DNA of 64,000 bases from the human T2T-CHM13v2.0 reference genome, Homo sapiens. Position 1 is the first letter of the stretch. The number at the start of each line of letters is the position of its first letter. The stretch is taken from assembly GCF_009914755.1 (NCBI RefSeq), contig NC_060937.1. One strand, 5' to 3'. Made by a program: the position numbers and the translations under genes. This document shows positions 12,866 to 25,985 of this stretch, piece by piece. The notes beneath the pieces were generated by a model that saw only the letters and a list, made by a program, of their open reading frames with translations, did not search any database and had not been told where the DNA came from.

Positions 12866-13799
12866 CACCCTTTCTTCCGTGACCCTCTCCTCTGAACAGG
12901 GCAAAACTTAACTCATAACGAGGATACACTCAAAAATGTCTTTCTTATTGCCAGGTGTTTCCACTCTTGAGGAACAGATGCCCTTTAGGAGACAGGGCAA
13001 TTTGACTGGACTGGCCCTTCCGATTTTAGGTGAAAATAATCACCATAACAGCTTTTCATCTCTGGCTAGGCTTCCCAGTGACCAAAGCTTTACTTTCCGA
13101 TTTCCATACCACGTAAAGACATCAGGGTGAGCACTAGGGCCCTGAGAACCCTGGAAGCTACTTCTTGCCTGGGATAGGGCTGGTTGCCCGGTGCGCTGTG
13201 AGTGGTCCTCCCCGGAGATGCTGGGAGAAGGGGCGGAGCCATCAGAAAGGATGAGCCTTCCTTGGGCCTTCGGATCTGGTGGGGCTGCCACTTTGGGAAG
13301 GGCCCCGGGCTTCGGAAGAAAGCAAAACTAGCCTTGTGGCGAAGAAGGAGCCCAGCTGGCCCCAGGCTGTTAAGACTAAGGGGTCGAGGGAAAAGAGGCA
13401 GAGCCTGAAACCAAATCTGCGGAGCAAGCCAAGGCCTGGGGACTTGCCAGAGGGAAGGGTTAAGCCGTTTCCAAGGCAACGGACCAGGAAGCGCGCAAGA
13501 CGTCCGCCGCAGGTTCGTAGGTCGCCCTCGAATTTAAAGCTCCCAAGGCTGAGTGGGTCCCGGCCAATGGAGAGGCCCCCTTTAAGTCATGTGACCAGCG
13601 GGGCTGCCCCGCGGGCTGCTCCGCGGGCTGCACTGGAGCACGTGGGAAGGCTTTTTTTCCTGTTCCTTCTTTCCCTTTTTAAACGCCCACCCACTTTTGC
13701 GCGGGCTCGGCCGCGGAATTTTTCTCGCGAGAGGCGCGCTGCCCTCTCGCGAGAGAGAGTGGGAGGCGTGGAGAGTAGGCGGTGTTGCGGGCCGGAGCT

Positions 13800-13976
13800 G
13801 CGGCGGCGGCGGCGGCGGCGGAAGCCGAGGGGTGGGCAGGGCGGGGGCGGGCCGCGGGGCTGGGAGGGGGAGGGCTGGGGGTCAGCGCGGGAGGGGGCCA
13901 GCTTGCTTGCCCGGCTCGCTCACGGGTCGTTGAGGCCGGTGACATGTCTGTGAGCTGCGGAGGCTGCGGCCCCCAG
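13800..13976 (+). other. AKAP11: AKAP11 exon 1 (5'UTR; start approximate)
   Basis: Strong donor CAG|GTGAGC at 13976/13977 inside the CpG island; the TSS cannot be determined from sequence alone. Confidence 0.75.
13801..13821 (+). repeat. (CGG)7 trinucleotide repeat
   Basis: Read directly from the sequence. Confidence 0.95.
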
Positions 13977-16149
13977 GTGAGCCGGGCGCCGACGTGCTCG
14001 CCGCGGAGGCTGCGTTTAGATGGGGTGGCGGCGGGTGTGCGGCCGGCATGGATGGAGCGGCCCGGCTCCGGCGCTCCAGCCCCTCCGCCTGCCGCTGGTC
14101 CCCCTTCTGGCTTCGGGGCCGCCCGAGAGCTGCGCCTTCGCATGGCGGAGGGAGGAGGGCGGGAGGAGCGCGGCCGAAGGAGGAAACTCACCGCACCGGG
14201 CCCAGAGTAGAGGGAGGTGCTGGGTCTCGAGACGCGTCTTCCTGGGGTCCCAAGTGTGGCGGTGGAGCTGCCGCCCCTTTTAATGACAGGCTGTTTCCAT
14301 CCCCGGGGTGGTCTTCAGAGACGGCCCCCCGGGTGCGTGGTGCGCGTGCTTAGTGTGTGTTCGTGGTGTGCGCACAGGAACATTTGCAGCGGTTGGGAGG
14401 ACGTTGCACTTTGTTCCCGAACAGCATCCTTCACTGTCAGACCCCCGGAGCCTTGGAAGCAGGCGCTGCTCAGATCTTGTAAACGGAAGGCGTCAAGGGG
14501 CTCCTCAGAGTATTGATATTTGGATTTGCTGTCAAATACTCTCCTAGGCTGTTAATGGCTTAAGGCTGGCCATAAAGTACCCCGAATGGATTGAGTATAC
14601 TGCTGTTAATCCAGGCATCTAAGCTGCTTTATAAAAAATATGTAGATGTAACCGAAGTATTAAAAAGTGACAATGACAGTAAAAGCTAACATTTTTTCTC
14701 TTCCCCATATTACCAGCTTTCATTTTTTTTCTCTGCTTTGTCTGTCTTCTAAAACCATATAAAGTTGGATGTGGTTTAGCTTTAGATGTTAAGGAGTTTC
14801 ATGGTGAGAAAGACTGCTGAGATACATACCTAATAGCTTTAGTACAAACTGGAGTTAATTCCTGTTCTCTTTTCAGCTTTTCAATCGCTTGCAAAATGCT
14901 CGTTTTGCTTAGCTGCTTCCCACTGTTTTAGAAATGTCATGTCGATTGTTATTTTGTTATGTCTGAAAATACTCAAAATATGGAGTACTAAGAAAAAATG
15001 GGGTATCAGTAATGCACAGATATATTTTTTTTAATGTCATCATTTTAGGATGGCAGCCCAGTGCCTGGCATGATTGGTGTCAGTTAAAATAGTGCAATTG
15101 AATGATTTTTTTTTTTTTTGAAAAACACATTTACTTTTTCAAACGGTACCCTGATTATTCATTTTTTCTTGTCGTTGTTCCTCCTGACAAAACTGACCCA
15201 GGGGTGGACAGTGAATGTCACTATTGTAGCTGTAACAGTAATTTATGAAAGGTCAAAGAATGTAAGGAAATCAGGGAAGAAGTGGGTTCCCAAGCTGAGC
15301 TAGAGACTAATGTATGTACCCACATAACTGCAGTATCGACAATATTGATAAGGGCCTAGCAGTGGACTCCTAGGCCAGTGATATTTTGCAGTTGTTGAGG
15401 ATATGGGAAGTTGCCTAAGACATGGAACCATAGTGAGAAATTCTCTAGCCTTCTCTAGCCCCCTGAACTCCAGGGATAAGTCTAGAAGCTGAAGAAGTCC
15501 TCTTTTGCCTTTAGAGGCTGGAAAAAATACGGTACTTTTAATTTTTTTATTTTTTAATTTTAGGAACTTACTGTCTGGAAAAGGAACTCAAACCAATTTG
15601 GACAATATATTAAAGGCCGTTTTAAGAGAAAATGCCAGTTGTAAATAGGTAGAGGAATTCGGTCTATACGTGACAAAAATGTGAAAGACTTAGAAAATAT
15701 CTCTTTGTGAATGGGCAGAGGAGACCAGTGTTGATTAGAAAAAATTCCTTCTTACTCCATCTTAGCAAACTAATTTTCAGAAGTAGAAAAATAAATTTTT
15801 TGGCTGGTCTTCATAACCTTTTGGCAAGGGTTTCAAACTTGTAGGGCGTGTGGTGTTTGGTTTTTCAAAAGTAATTGAAGTAACTTTGGATAGGGTAACT
15901 GATTTTGTTTTTTTTCCTGTCTTGTGGTCTGCATTTTATTAATCAACTACCTGGAAGGATTGAAGGGTGAGGACAGGTCGAGAAAAGCTTTAAGTTAAGC
16001 CTGGGCATGAGTTAAGGGTCAATGAGCTGGTAATATGGGGAAGAGAAAGAAAAATGCTTTATCAGTTTAAAAACAGCCTGGAAAGATCCAAGTGTCTCGA
16101 TTCTCCCAGTCATCCTTACATATAAAAGTTTATTAAAAAAATACTTCTG

Positions 16150-16450
16150 GGCCAGGCTTGGTGCCTTACACTTGTAATCCCAGGACTTTAGGAGGCTGAG
16201 GCGGGTGGATCACTTGAGACCAGGAGTTCAAGACCAGCCTGGCCAACATGGAAAAACCCTGTCTTTACTAAAAAATAAAAAATTAGCCACGTGTTATGGC
16301 ACATGCCTGTAATCCCATCTAGTCGAGAGGCTGAGGCACAAGAATCGCTTGAGCCTGAGAGATGGGAGATTGCAGTGAGCCGAGATCGTGCCACTGCACT
16401 CCACCCTGGGCGACTGAGTGAGACTCTGCCTCAAAAAACAACAACAAAAA
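16150..16450 (+). mobile_element. AluS
   Basis: Full-length Alu; flanking aaa(t)acttctgg TSD. Confidence 0.93.
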
Positions 16451-17439
16451 ACTTCTGGAGTAAAGGCATTTGAAATTTGTAGATTAGAGACTGGACATGG
16501 TAAAAGGAGAAAAGTTATCATTTTTAGAATAATCTGAGAATGTTTCTTGGGAAATAAATGGGGTAGAGGCCTGGAACAGAGAGGATGTTACTTGACTGAA
16601 AATGAGGTATATTGTAAAGAGTTTCGGTTTGGGAGTCAGGTCTATTAATTAAATGAGCCTCATTTTCTTCATACCCACCTCAAAAAGTTAGTGCGAAGCA
16701 CATAGTAGCTGCTTACTCAGTGTTTTTATTTTTACCTCCCGTAATGGTTTGAGGATTCTTTGATTGCAAGGAAGAAAAAGCCAATTTAATTAGCCTACTT
16801 AAAAAAAAAGCATTTGTCATACAGTGCTGCTGAAGTCCATTGCATGATTCCAATTCAGCGTTTTGGGAACCAGAAAGTCTTCAGGCAGTTACTCTTCCAG
16901 TTTTTCTCTGGAAGCACATGGTCTTATGTCTCTGCTACTCACGCAGGTCTGTTCCAGTTTCTTTCAGATTGGCCTTCTCTTTAAAGCTCTTGGTTTCCAC
17001 TTCCCCAAAACTTTGATTTGCATGAGACTTTGGTTTGCCATGATGCCAACATCAGACTCACTGACTATGCAACATGGTTCTCAGCAAACATCTCCAAGTC
17101 TCAGTTATGTTTCTAGAGAGAGAATCCAATTGGTCAGGTTTCTGCTTCTAGCACAGTTGGCTGGAGAGTGAGGAAAGATAGGAATGGGAAAAATGGATGA
17201 GGAAGAGACTTAGATTTGTCTCACAGTTTGCAGGGCTGCTCCTTTTAAACTGGCCATGCCAACATATTTAACAAAAGGAGAGTGGACAGGGAGGAAGTGA
17301 TGGATACCTCAGGTGTGCTTTAACATCCTGCAATTTGAGTTCTTCCTCTGGCATTGCATTGAACTTGCTCTCAGCTTGGTAATGTTCTAACCAGATCTAA
17401 CCAGTAGTCTCTTTACAGGACAGATTCTCCTGGGTGTGG

Positions 17440-17620
17440 GAGTTCAGGCAAATTACTGAAATGCTTGATGACTCAGTTTTCCTATGCGTAGAATGGGCAT
17501 AATAGCACCTTCTGTGGTGAGAATTATGAATTCATGTATGTAAAGCAATTAAACAGTGTCTGGCATATGGCAGGCACAATGCAAGGGTACGGTATTAGTA
17601 TTTGTTGAGAGCATACCGTG
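17440..17620 (+). mobile_element. MIR
   Basis: ctcagttttcct...gtaaagcaattaaacagtgtctggca core. Confidence 0.6.
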
Positions 17621-18007
17621 TGGCAGGTACTGTGATACAGGCTTCTGGTCGTGTTCAGAGAGGAAGGAATTTCTGCCCTCAAGAAGTCTAGAAGTCCAGT
17701 GCTGACCACTCATGCTTAAAACCATTTCTTGACTTCAGTGACACTAAATTCTTCTAAATCTCTACCTCACCTACCTTTCTGACTGCCATTTATTTGTGGT
17801 TCCTTTTATGCCGGTCCTGGAACCCTTTATCATGGTTGTCTTCATAGATGCTCTCTTGAATTTCTGTTCTTTCCCAGTCGCTGAGACCAGCTTTCAGGTT
17901 CTCTATATGTGGATTATTCTTAGAGTAACATCTCCATCTCTGACCCCAAGTAAATCTCTTAATTTTTAGTTCTTTTTTTGGGTATTATTATTTATATAAT
18001 TTATATG

Positions 18008-18294
18008 TTTTGAGACATGGTCTTGCTCTGTCACCCAGGCTAGGGTGCAGTGGCGCAATCTTGGCTCACTGCAACCTCCTCCTCCCAGGGCTCAAGCGAT
18101 TCTCCCTTCTCAGCTTCCCGAGTAGCTGGAACCACAGGTGTGTGCTACCACGCCTAGCTAATTTTTATATTTTTTTAGAGGTGGGGTTTCACCGTGTTGG
18201 CCAGGCTGGTCTCAAACTCCTGGGCTCAAGCCGTCCACCTGCCTTGGCCTCCCAATGTGCTGGGATTACAGGTATGCGCCCACTGTACCTAGCC
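18008..18294 (-). mobile_element. Alu (J/S)
   Basis: Reverse-complement Alu consensus. Confidence 0.92.
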
Positions 18295-19712
18295 TCTTGG
18301 ATATTCCTATGTTGATATAAAATACTGTCTTCCAGTTACCTTCTAATTTGCAAAGCCTTCTGATTTACCTTCTGATTTGCAAAGAAAAAAATTTTCTTTC
18401 AGCATCCCAGGCTTAAAACCTTAAAGTTATTTTTCACATTCTTCTTTTTTTATGCTGTAATATACCCTGTTAGTTAATAGGTTCTGTGTGGGCTTTTGGG
18501 TGCTTCCTATGACTGGCCCATCTGCAAAGTAGATCTGTTGACTTATTTCGGCTACTGGCAGCTTAGGATAGATCCTTATATCTGTAAGAGCTACTTAAAT
18601 GCCTTTTCAGCAATATACTCTTAGAGTCATGGCGTCATAGATGTCACTGATAAAAAGAAATGTGTTCCTGGGTTAAAATTCTGAACATATTTTCTGTTAG
18701 AAATAGTCTTGTGGATAGGGCTACGTACAAGATTAAGAATGTTACTCCATTTTCTAGGGAGCATATTCATGTTGAAAGCACAATCTCAAGATTTTAGTTT
18801 TTTGTTGTTGCATTTTTTTGTAGGTATTCAATTACATAGCATTTTAATTATAGCATATCATCCTTATAATATTGCCATACACATATACAAAGTTTTATTA
18901 TAAATCAGTTGTTGAAAATATTTTTGAAAGTCAAATATATTACAGATGCACACTCAATAGTGAAACTAAGATAATCATTTGAGGGCATATATCCTTTACA
19001 GTGATTTCTTAAAACTGTATTCAAATGTAGGTCTAATGAGTTTTTTATTATGAAAATGTTAACTGTTTTATCCTCCTGCCTTCATCTGATTATTCTAATT
19101 AACTTCTAACAATGGACCGTTGCATGTTTAAAAGTTGTGTTTATTGTTGCTGAATAAGTAGTTTTGAAGTCAGTAGCCATTCACACTTAGTACTTTGTCA
19201 ACTAGACCCATGTTATTCCTTTCAATACCAGTGGCTAGTTGGGCTCAAACATACCTTATAAGTAGATCTCAATCTGGAATGCAGTTGAAAAATCAATAAT
19301 TTTTCTCTGTGACTGTTTGAGAAAACAAAAGTGACAGAACAAATATTCTTGGATTAATTTTGTAAAAAGTCATTAGGTAAGTGGCCCTATTTTCTATTTG
19401 GTGATGTTGCTTTTGCCACCAAATGCCTGTCTGCATTCACGTCATTGATGAAATTTCTCTTCACCGTACAGCTCGTTCACTTCAGTAAATCTATAGTTGC
19501 TTATTATGAGTAAGGCCTTTGGGGAATGCAGAGATGAGTAAGGCATGGCGATGGAATGAAATTCACTGTTGTATCCCAATCACTGTTACTTAGACGCTTG
19601 GTGAATGTATGTGTTGAACGTTGGTAGTACTTACAGTCCAGTGCAGGGCATAGACATGTAGACATTTAACTGTTACATAAGGCACTGTAGTCTAAAGTGC
19701 TAAAATAGGGTA

Positions 19713-19907
19713 AGTGGTGATTTTGCTCCCCAAGGAAATGTTTGGTAATATTTGGAGACAGTTTTGGTTACTGCAACTGAGTGCTACTGGCATCTAGTGG
19801 GTAGAGGCCAAGGAAGCTGCTAAGTGTCCTACCATGCATACACAGCCTCCTACAACAAAGACTTATCTGACCCAAAATGTTAGTAATGCTGAGATTGAGA
19901 AACTCTG
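19713..19907. mobile_element. MER20 hAT DNA transposon
   Basis: ggtgattttgctcccca...ctactggcatctagtgggtagaggcca...ttgagaaactctg. Confidence 0.8.
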
Positions 19908-20199
19908 TAGCGGTAAGAACATATATATTGTGAATGCAGGAATGAGGTTGAGGATTAAAAAGGAAAAAGGCAGAAACTATAAAGAAGCAAATATCTTAAT
20001 AGATATTAAGACATACTAAAATCATTTTATACGATTGACTGTTGTTTTGAAAAACAAAATAGTATCTGATAGCTGTAGTAGTTTTAGATTTTGTAAGTCA
20101 AATAACAGGTCTGTACCCAAGAAAGGAACTTAGCTTCCTTATTTGCAAAAAGGGGGATAACATCACTTTTATTCTGCTGTTCACCTATTAGGTATTATT

Positions 20200-22040
20200 C
20201 TGTTTTATTTTTCTAGTGTTTGTGTTAGGGTTTACAAGATAACTTATTACAGGTTTTCTTCAAATAACATCACTTCATGTTTAATGTAGAAATCTATGAC
20301 AGTCTTTTTTTGTCTCCATCTCCCCTGCCACATTTTTTATCCTATTTTGTCATACATTTTATCAATATGTCTGTCTTAAACCCTCTAATTAATTGTTACT
20401 ATTTTTAAACAGTTATATTTTAACTGTTTAAAAGGGATTGAAAAATGAAGAATAACTTCTGTTACCCTCATATTTACCATTTCAGATGTTCTTTATTCCT
20501 TCGTGTAAGATTCAGATTTCCATCTGGTATTGTTTTACTTTGCCTGAAGAATTTCTTTCCATAGTTACTCTAGTGGTGGTCAACTGGTGGTGAATTTTCA
20601 CGGCCCTTATTCATGTGAATAAATTTATTTTGCCTTAATTTTTGAAATACATTTTCATTGAGTATATCTGGGTTGATGCTTTTTTTTTTTTCTTCTTCTT
20701 AGTACTTTGAAGATAGTGCTCCATTGTCTTGTTTTCCGGTTCATATAGATGTGAAGTCTGTTGTCCTTGGTTCCTCTGTATATAATGTGTACTTTTTTTC
20801 TGGTCAATTAATATTTTTTCTTTATCACTGGTTTTCAGCCATTTGGTTATGATTTGCCTTGGCTTTCTTTATGTTTATTCTTAGGGTTTGCTGAGCTTCC
20901 TTGGTACTGTCAGTTTACGGTTTTCATCAAATTTGGGAAGTTCTCTGCTATTTTGTCTTCAAATTTTTTTTTCTTCTGCACCCACTTCCCCAGTGCACGC
21001 ACGTGCACACCCACACACACACACACACACACTCTCTCTCTCTCACTCACTCACTCGCTTACTCACTATGTCTCTTCGTGGAACTCCAGTTATTCACCTT
21101 TTATGGTGCTTAAAAAGTCACTTACACTCTACGTTTGTTTTTAAGTTTTGTCTCTCCATGTTTCATTTTGGATAGCTTCTATTACATTGTCTACAAGTTC
21201 ACTGAGCTTTTCTTCTCTAGTTTAATCTGTTAATTGTATCCAGTATGGTTTTCGTTTCAGTATATTTAATTTTCATCTCTAAAAGTTCAATTTTGGTGTC
21301 TTTTGTATCTTCTCCTTCTCTCCTTATGGTGATGTTTTCCTCTCACTTCTTGAGTATATGGAACATATTTGTACTATAGTTTTACAATCCTTTTCTGTTC
21401 CTGCCATCATCACTGTCATTTCTAGGTCTTCATTTATTGCCTTTTTTTCTCTTGGTTATGGTTCATATTTTTCTCTTCCTTTGCATGCTTGGTAATTTTT
21501 ATTGTATGCCAGCCATTGAGTTTATACTGTTGCTTGCTTGATTTATTATATTACTGAAGTGTGTTGGATTTAGTTGGGGTGCACAGTTACTTGGAATCTG
21601 TTGGGTTGTTTCAGGGCTTGCTTTTAGAATTTATTAGTGTGGGTCCAGAACAGTTTTTAACGTAGTGCTGAATTATTGTCTCTACTAAGGCTGCTTCTAC
21701 TAAGGCTGCTACTTCTTCTGAGGAGTCTATCATTACCTGATACATTACAAGGTTTTTCTATTCTGGTGGAATATATTATGGTTTATCTCTAGGGCTCTCA
21801 CTTACTTTCAGCTCTCCCTCCAGCTTAATACCCTGTAAATTCTAGCCATCTTGGTCTCTCCAAACTGATCTGTGTTTAAAACTCAGTGAAACCACCAGAC
21901 TGCTTGGCTTTCCTGTCCCTGTATTGTGACCTGGAAGTAGCTGGCAGCCAGTGTTTCCCTTCTCTCAGGGATCACAATCCCGTGTTCCCTGTTGTCTGAT
22001 GTTTAAAACCAATGTTTCATATATATTCTGTCCTGTTTTC
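20200..22040 (-). mobile_element. Old L1M LINE fragments
   Basis: T-rich antisense L1 motifs such as ttcatcaaatttgggaagttctc; boundaries approximate. Confidence 0.6.
21007..21066 (+). repeat. Compound (CA)n(CT)n(CACT)n microsatellite
   Basis: Read directly from the sequence. Confidence 0.9.
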
Positions 22041-22309
22041 TTGTAGTTATATTCAACAGAATATTAATTTTTAACACTTGGCCATTTGGCATTTGGTCAA
22101 AATGTGTATTTGGAGTGTTTACTCTAAATGTGATCTCAGATACTATAAAGTAGAAATTATTGGAAACACAAATGTATTTTCACAAACTCATTAAATGTAG
22201 ACATACTCATTTAAATATTTGAAGGCATACTTTGCTCTTTATTCTGTTTTATATTTTTCAGCCTACATCATGCTTTGAACTTTGTTCTTTAAATATGTTA
22301 CTTTTTATT

Positions 22310-22990
22310 TATTAGTTCAGCAGATGTTTGAATGCCTACTATGTAAAAATACATAAAACACTTTTGTCCTCATGGAACTTACAACAGGAGGGAAGTATGC
22401 AAACAGTGGCACCAGAGGATTAAATTATAAACCACTTAGAGAGCACAAAGGAGGTGGTTACTATTTGGGCAAGGAGGGATAAAGGAGAGATATGAGCCAA
22501 GCCTATTTTAGGGAGGGAAGTTTTTGAACTGGTGCGTGAATAGTAAGTAGCAGTTCAGCTGGTGGAAGAGAGAGGGTAGATTTGAGAGAAGTTTAGGAGA
22601 ATGACAAGTCAGGATTTGGCAATTTACTAGGCGAGGTAGTCTGTAGGAATTGAGGGGAAGACCAGTTTCCAGCTTGGCCTACTGGTTGGGTTTGGTTTAA
22701 TGGCTCTTACTGAGATAGAGAATACAGGAGGAGATCGTTTAGGGAGAAAGTTTTATTTACCTTTTGAACATACAAATTTTGGAGTAACTGGGATATTTAG
22801 TTGGAAGTGTCTAATAGGAAATTAGATATACAGAACTGAAGAATAAATTAGGGAGTTATTTGCATAGTTAAAACCAGAGGTAAGGATAAAATGTCCTTGA
22901 AAAACTAAATAAAATGAGACAAGAGGATAAGGATGAAGACTAAGAAATATTAGTATTTGAGTAACAAGTTATGAAATAATTTAGGAAAGG
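22310..22990 (-). mobile_element. L2 fragment
   Basis: gaatgcctactatg start followed by purine-rich L2 body. Confidence 0.55.
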
Positions 22991-23720
22991 AAACTTACAT
23001 ACAGAGAGACAAGTTTTTCTCAACCAGAAATTACATGTGGCAGTTGTTAAAAGTACAGATTCCTATGTTCCATGTAGACCTGTTGAATTTGGATCTTCTG
23101 GTGGGGGAGTTGTGTGTGTTAGAAATAAGCTGATGTGTACAGGTACTGAGGTTTGAGAACTAGTGCAGTAGGAAGAGAGTCAAGATATGGCAATATTGTT
23201 GACAGGCGCTTCACAGACTGGCATAGTTAATTCTCCTGATACAAAAAAGGTCAAGTAATAGGTGATGTCAACTTGAACATTTCTTAGGTCAGAGGAGATA
23301 AGGAAAGACTTGGAGAATATATATTTTTTAATTATAAAAGAATTTATGTTCATTCAGAAAAGTACAAAACTCAACATACATAGACACAAAATGAAACACC
23401 CATGATTGTATCTACCCAGATGAAACCAATGTCTGTACTCATCTAGTGTATGTCTTCTTTTATATTACATATATAGATACACACATGTAGTTATACAGAT
23501 TTTTCACAAAATGGGATAATGCTAATATGCCAGAACCTGTCTTATTTTACTTAATGATCTACCATCTTCTCATATTGTAGATAGATGACATTTTATAAAA
23601 TTTAAAAGTCCCACTTGCATGGGTGACCACTGGCATCAGTTTAGTGTACCTCCTTCAAGTCATTTCCTGTGGATGCACAAATATTTACATATGTGTGTCA
23701 GAGTTGTGTCTGTATATAAT

Positions 23721-24007
<287 letters not shown>

Positions 24008-25744
24008 AGTCTTTTTTTTTTTTTTTTTTTTTTAAATTACAAGTGAGAGCATCCTATTTACACCATTCTGCAACTTGCTCTTTCACGCCAGTATGGATCA
24101 CTCTAACTCATTATTTCCAATAGCTGAGTAATAATCATGTGAATTTATTTGAATTGATGAACTTCTAGATTATTTTCAGTTTTTTCATTTTATTTCAGTG
24201 AATAGTCTTTCACATATCTTTGTGAATTTTGTGCAAGTATATATGTAGGATAAATTTTAAGAAGTGAAATAGCAGGACTAAAGGATATGTGTATTTATTT
24301 AAAGTGCCCTATATCTCTGTTCTCTGTATTCTTTATAATTGTTTCTGTAATTGCTTTCATTTGTTTACTTTTGCATTCTGTGATTTTTCTTAAAATCTTC
24401 TTGGTTTTCCATTGTTTTTAGCAATGTCTGTTCTGCTTTTTTGTTATTTCTAAGGGGATTTCATTTGTTTAGTGATAGTTTTCTGTGTGTTTCCTGAGCT
24501 ATAGTGGTTCACTTCGTAGTTGTTTGCCTTGTCTGCCTCTTTCTTGTCTCTCATCTGCTTTTTTCCAAGCCATGTAGGTTCACTTTAATTTCTTTGACTA
24601 TAGATAACGCACTTAGTTATTCTTTGCTTAGGACTCTTGTTTCTTCATCCAGAATAGGGCACAAAGCAGTAAAGCACTAAATGAAAAGTTTATCATAATA
24701 CAAATGTATTTTAGGTGAATATACTGTATTTTTGTTCTTCTTGTGAAATCTGTCAAAAACGATGTGCTCTCTAATTATATAAGATGCTAAAGAAATCCTG
24801 CTCTAGTAGCTGTTATCCTTTCTTCCCCCATCAATCTTTGCATCATTTCCAAAGATGATTTTTTTCTTTGCTTTACAAAAGTATGTCATATCATCTCATA
24901 TTGGATTCACTTTTATGTTGCACAGATATTCTCTAATAGATTTCTTTCTTCCTGAGACAGTATTTTATTTATGTTTAAATGAAAAAGTGGTGGAGTAAGG
25001 CAGTAAGTTGTTTTTCTTCCATGAGTGAAACAGAGTGTAAATATAGAATTAAACTGTTTCTCTTTCATTAATTTCAAACAATGATTTGAATTCTGAGATA
25101 ATGTGAGTCTCAGGGGCATGATTATATTTGTCTGGATTTTTTCTTTTTATGTATATTGTATGTTGTTTGTTTTTCAGTGTTCCTTCGCAGATCCCATACT
25201 GAATTCCATTTGCTTTATTATTCAATCTTGAATAAGGGTGTTTTATCTGGATCTGCTATTCAGGAAAATTGTGGGTAAAGTGAACTGGGGTAGCCAGCCC
25301 TGTCAAATCCCGGATGTTGTTTCAGAGCACTCCCACCTCTCCCTGCCCAACTTTGAAACTGTTTCTTCTACCTTAGGTGCTTGTTGCACCTGAGGGTGAG
25401 CAGCTCATTTAGATAGTTGGTCCCATTTATTTGATGGTGAAGTCTCCTGGGAGTTAATGTTTATCTTTGCTCAGTTGACTTTAGTCAGCAGCTGCAAAGG
25501 TAATTGTTGTTTCCTATCTCTTTTCCCTACTTCCCTTTTAGGCAAGGTTAGGAGCAGACTCAGAGAAAGTGATGTAAGGCGTGCCATTCCTTTGTCCTGC
25601 AGTATTGTTTTTAATGGCTGCCATGGCGTCATTGTGGGAATGAACCTAAGATCATTTAATTACTCTCTTGTTTCTGGCATCTAGATTGCTTCGTATTTCT
25701 ATTGTGAGTTGTAATGAACCAGACTATAAAACCTTTATGCACTG

Positions 25745-25985
25745 TAGAGGAGTGGTGAAGAGCCCCAGTGCTGGAGTTAGAAAATTTGGACTTGAATCCC
25801 ACCTGTGCCATTTATTTACTCTGTGGGCCTGGGCAAATTGCTAAGCTTCCTCTTGCCTCAGTTTTTCTCATCGTCAAACCGGGGTCCTATTCTGTAGTCT
25901 TAAGGACAACATGAGATGTTTACATAAACCTCTTAGCAAAACAGAACACTTGGTGCATTATGAGCCCTTGTTAATAAACTAGATG
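25745..25985 (+). mobile_element. MIR
   Basis: ttgaatcccacctgtgccatttat...gcctcagtttttctcatc core. Confidence 0.7.

Larger units (their letters stand above)
13480..14360. promoter_or_regulatory. CpG island / AKAP11 promoter
   Basis: Very GC- and CpG-dense; CCAAT 13564-13568, GTCATGTGAC 13586-13595, CACGTG 13639-13644, TCTCGCGAGA at 13723 and 13745, GGGCGG boxes. Confidence 0.92.

Noticed and set aside
13040-14547. Many overlapping ORFs (up to 224 aa) on both strands at the promoter
   Set aside because: Stop-codon depletion in a GC-rich CpG island; low-complexity R/G/P/A content. Only the spliced uORF from 13944 was retained.
18337-18383. Short imperfect local repeats (ttaccttctaatttgcaaag x2; similar cases at ~21683, ~31845, ~57103)
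   Set aside because: Ordinary slippage-type microduplications with no spacer or array structure.
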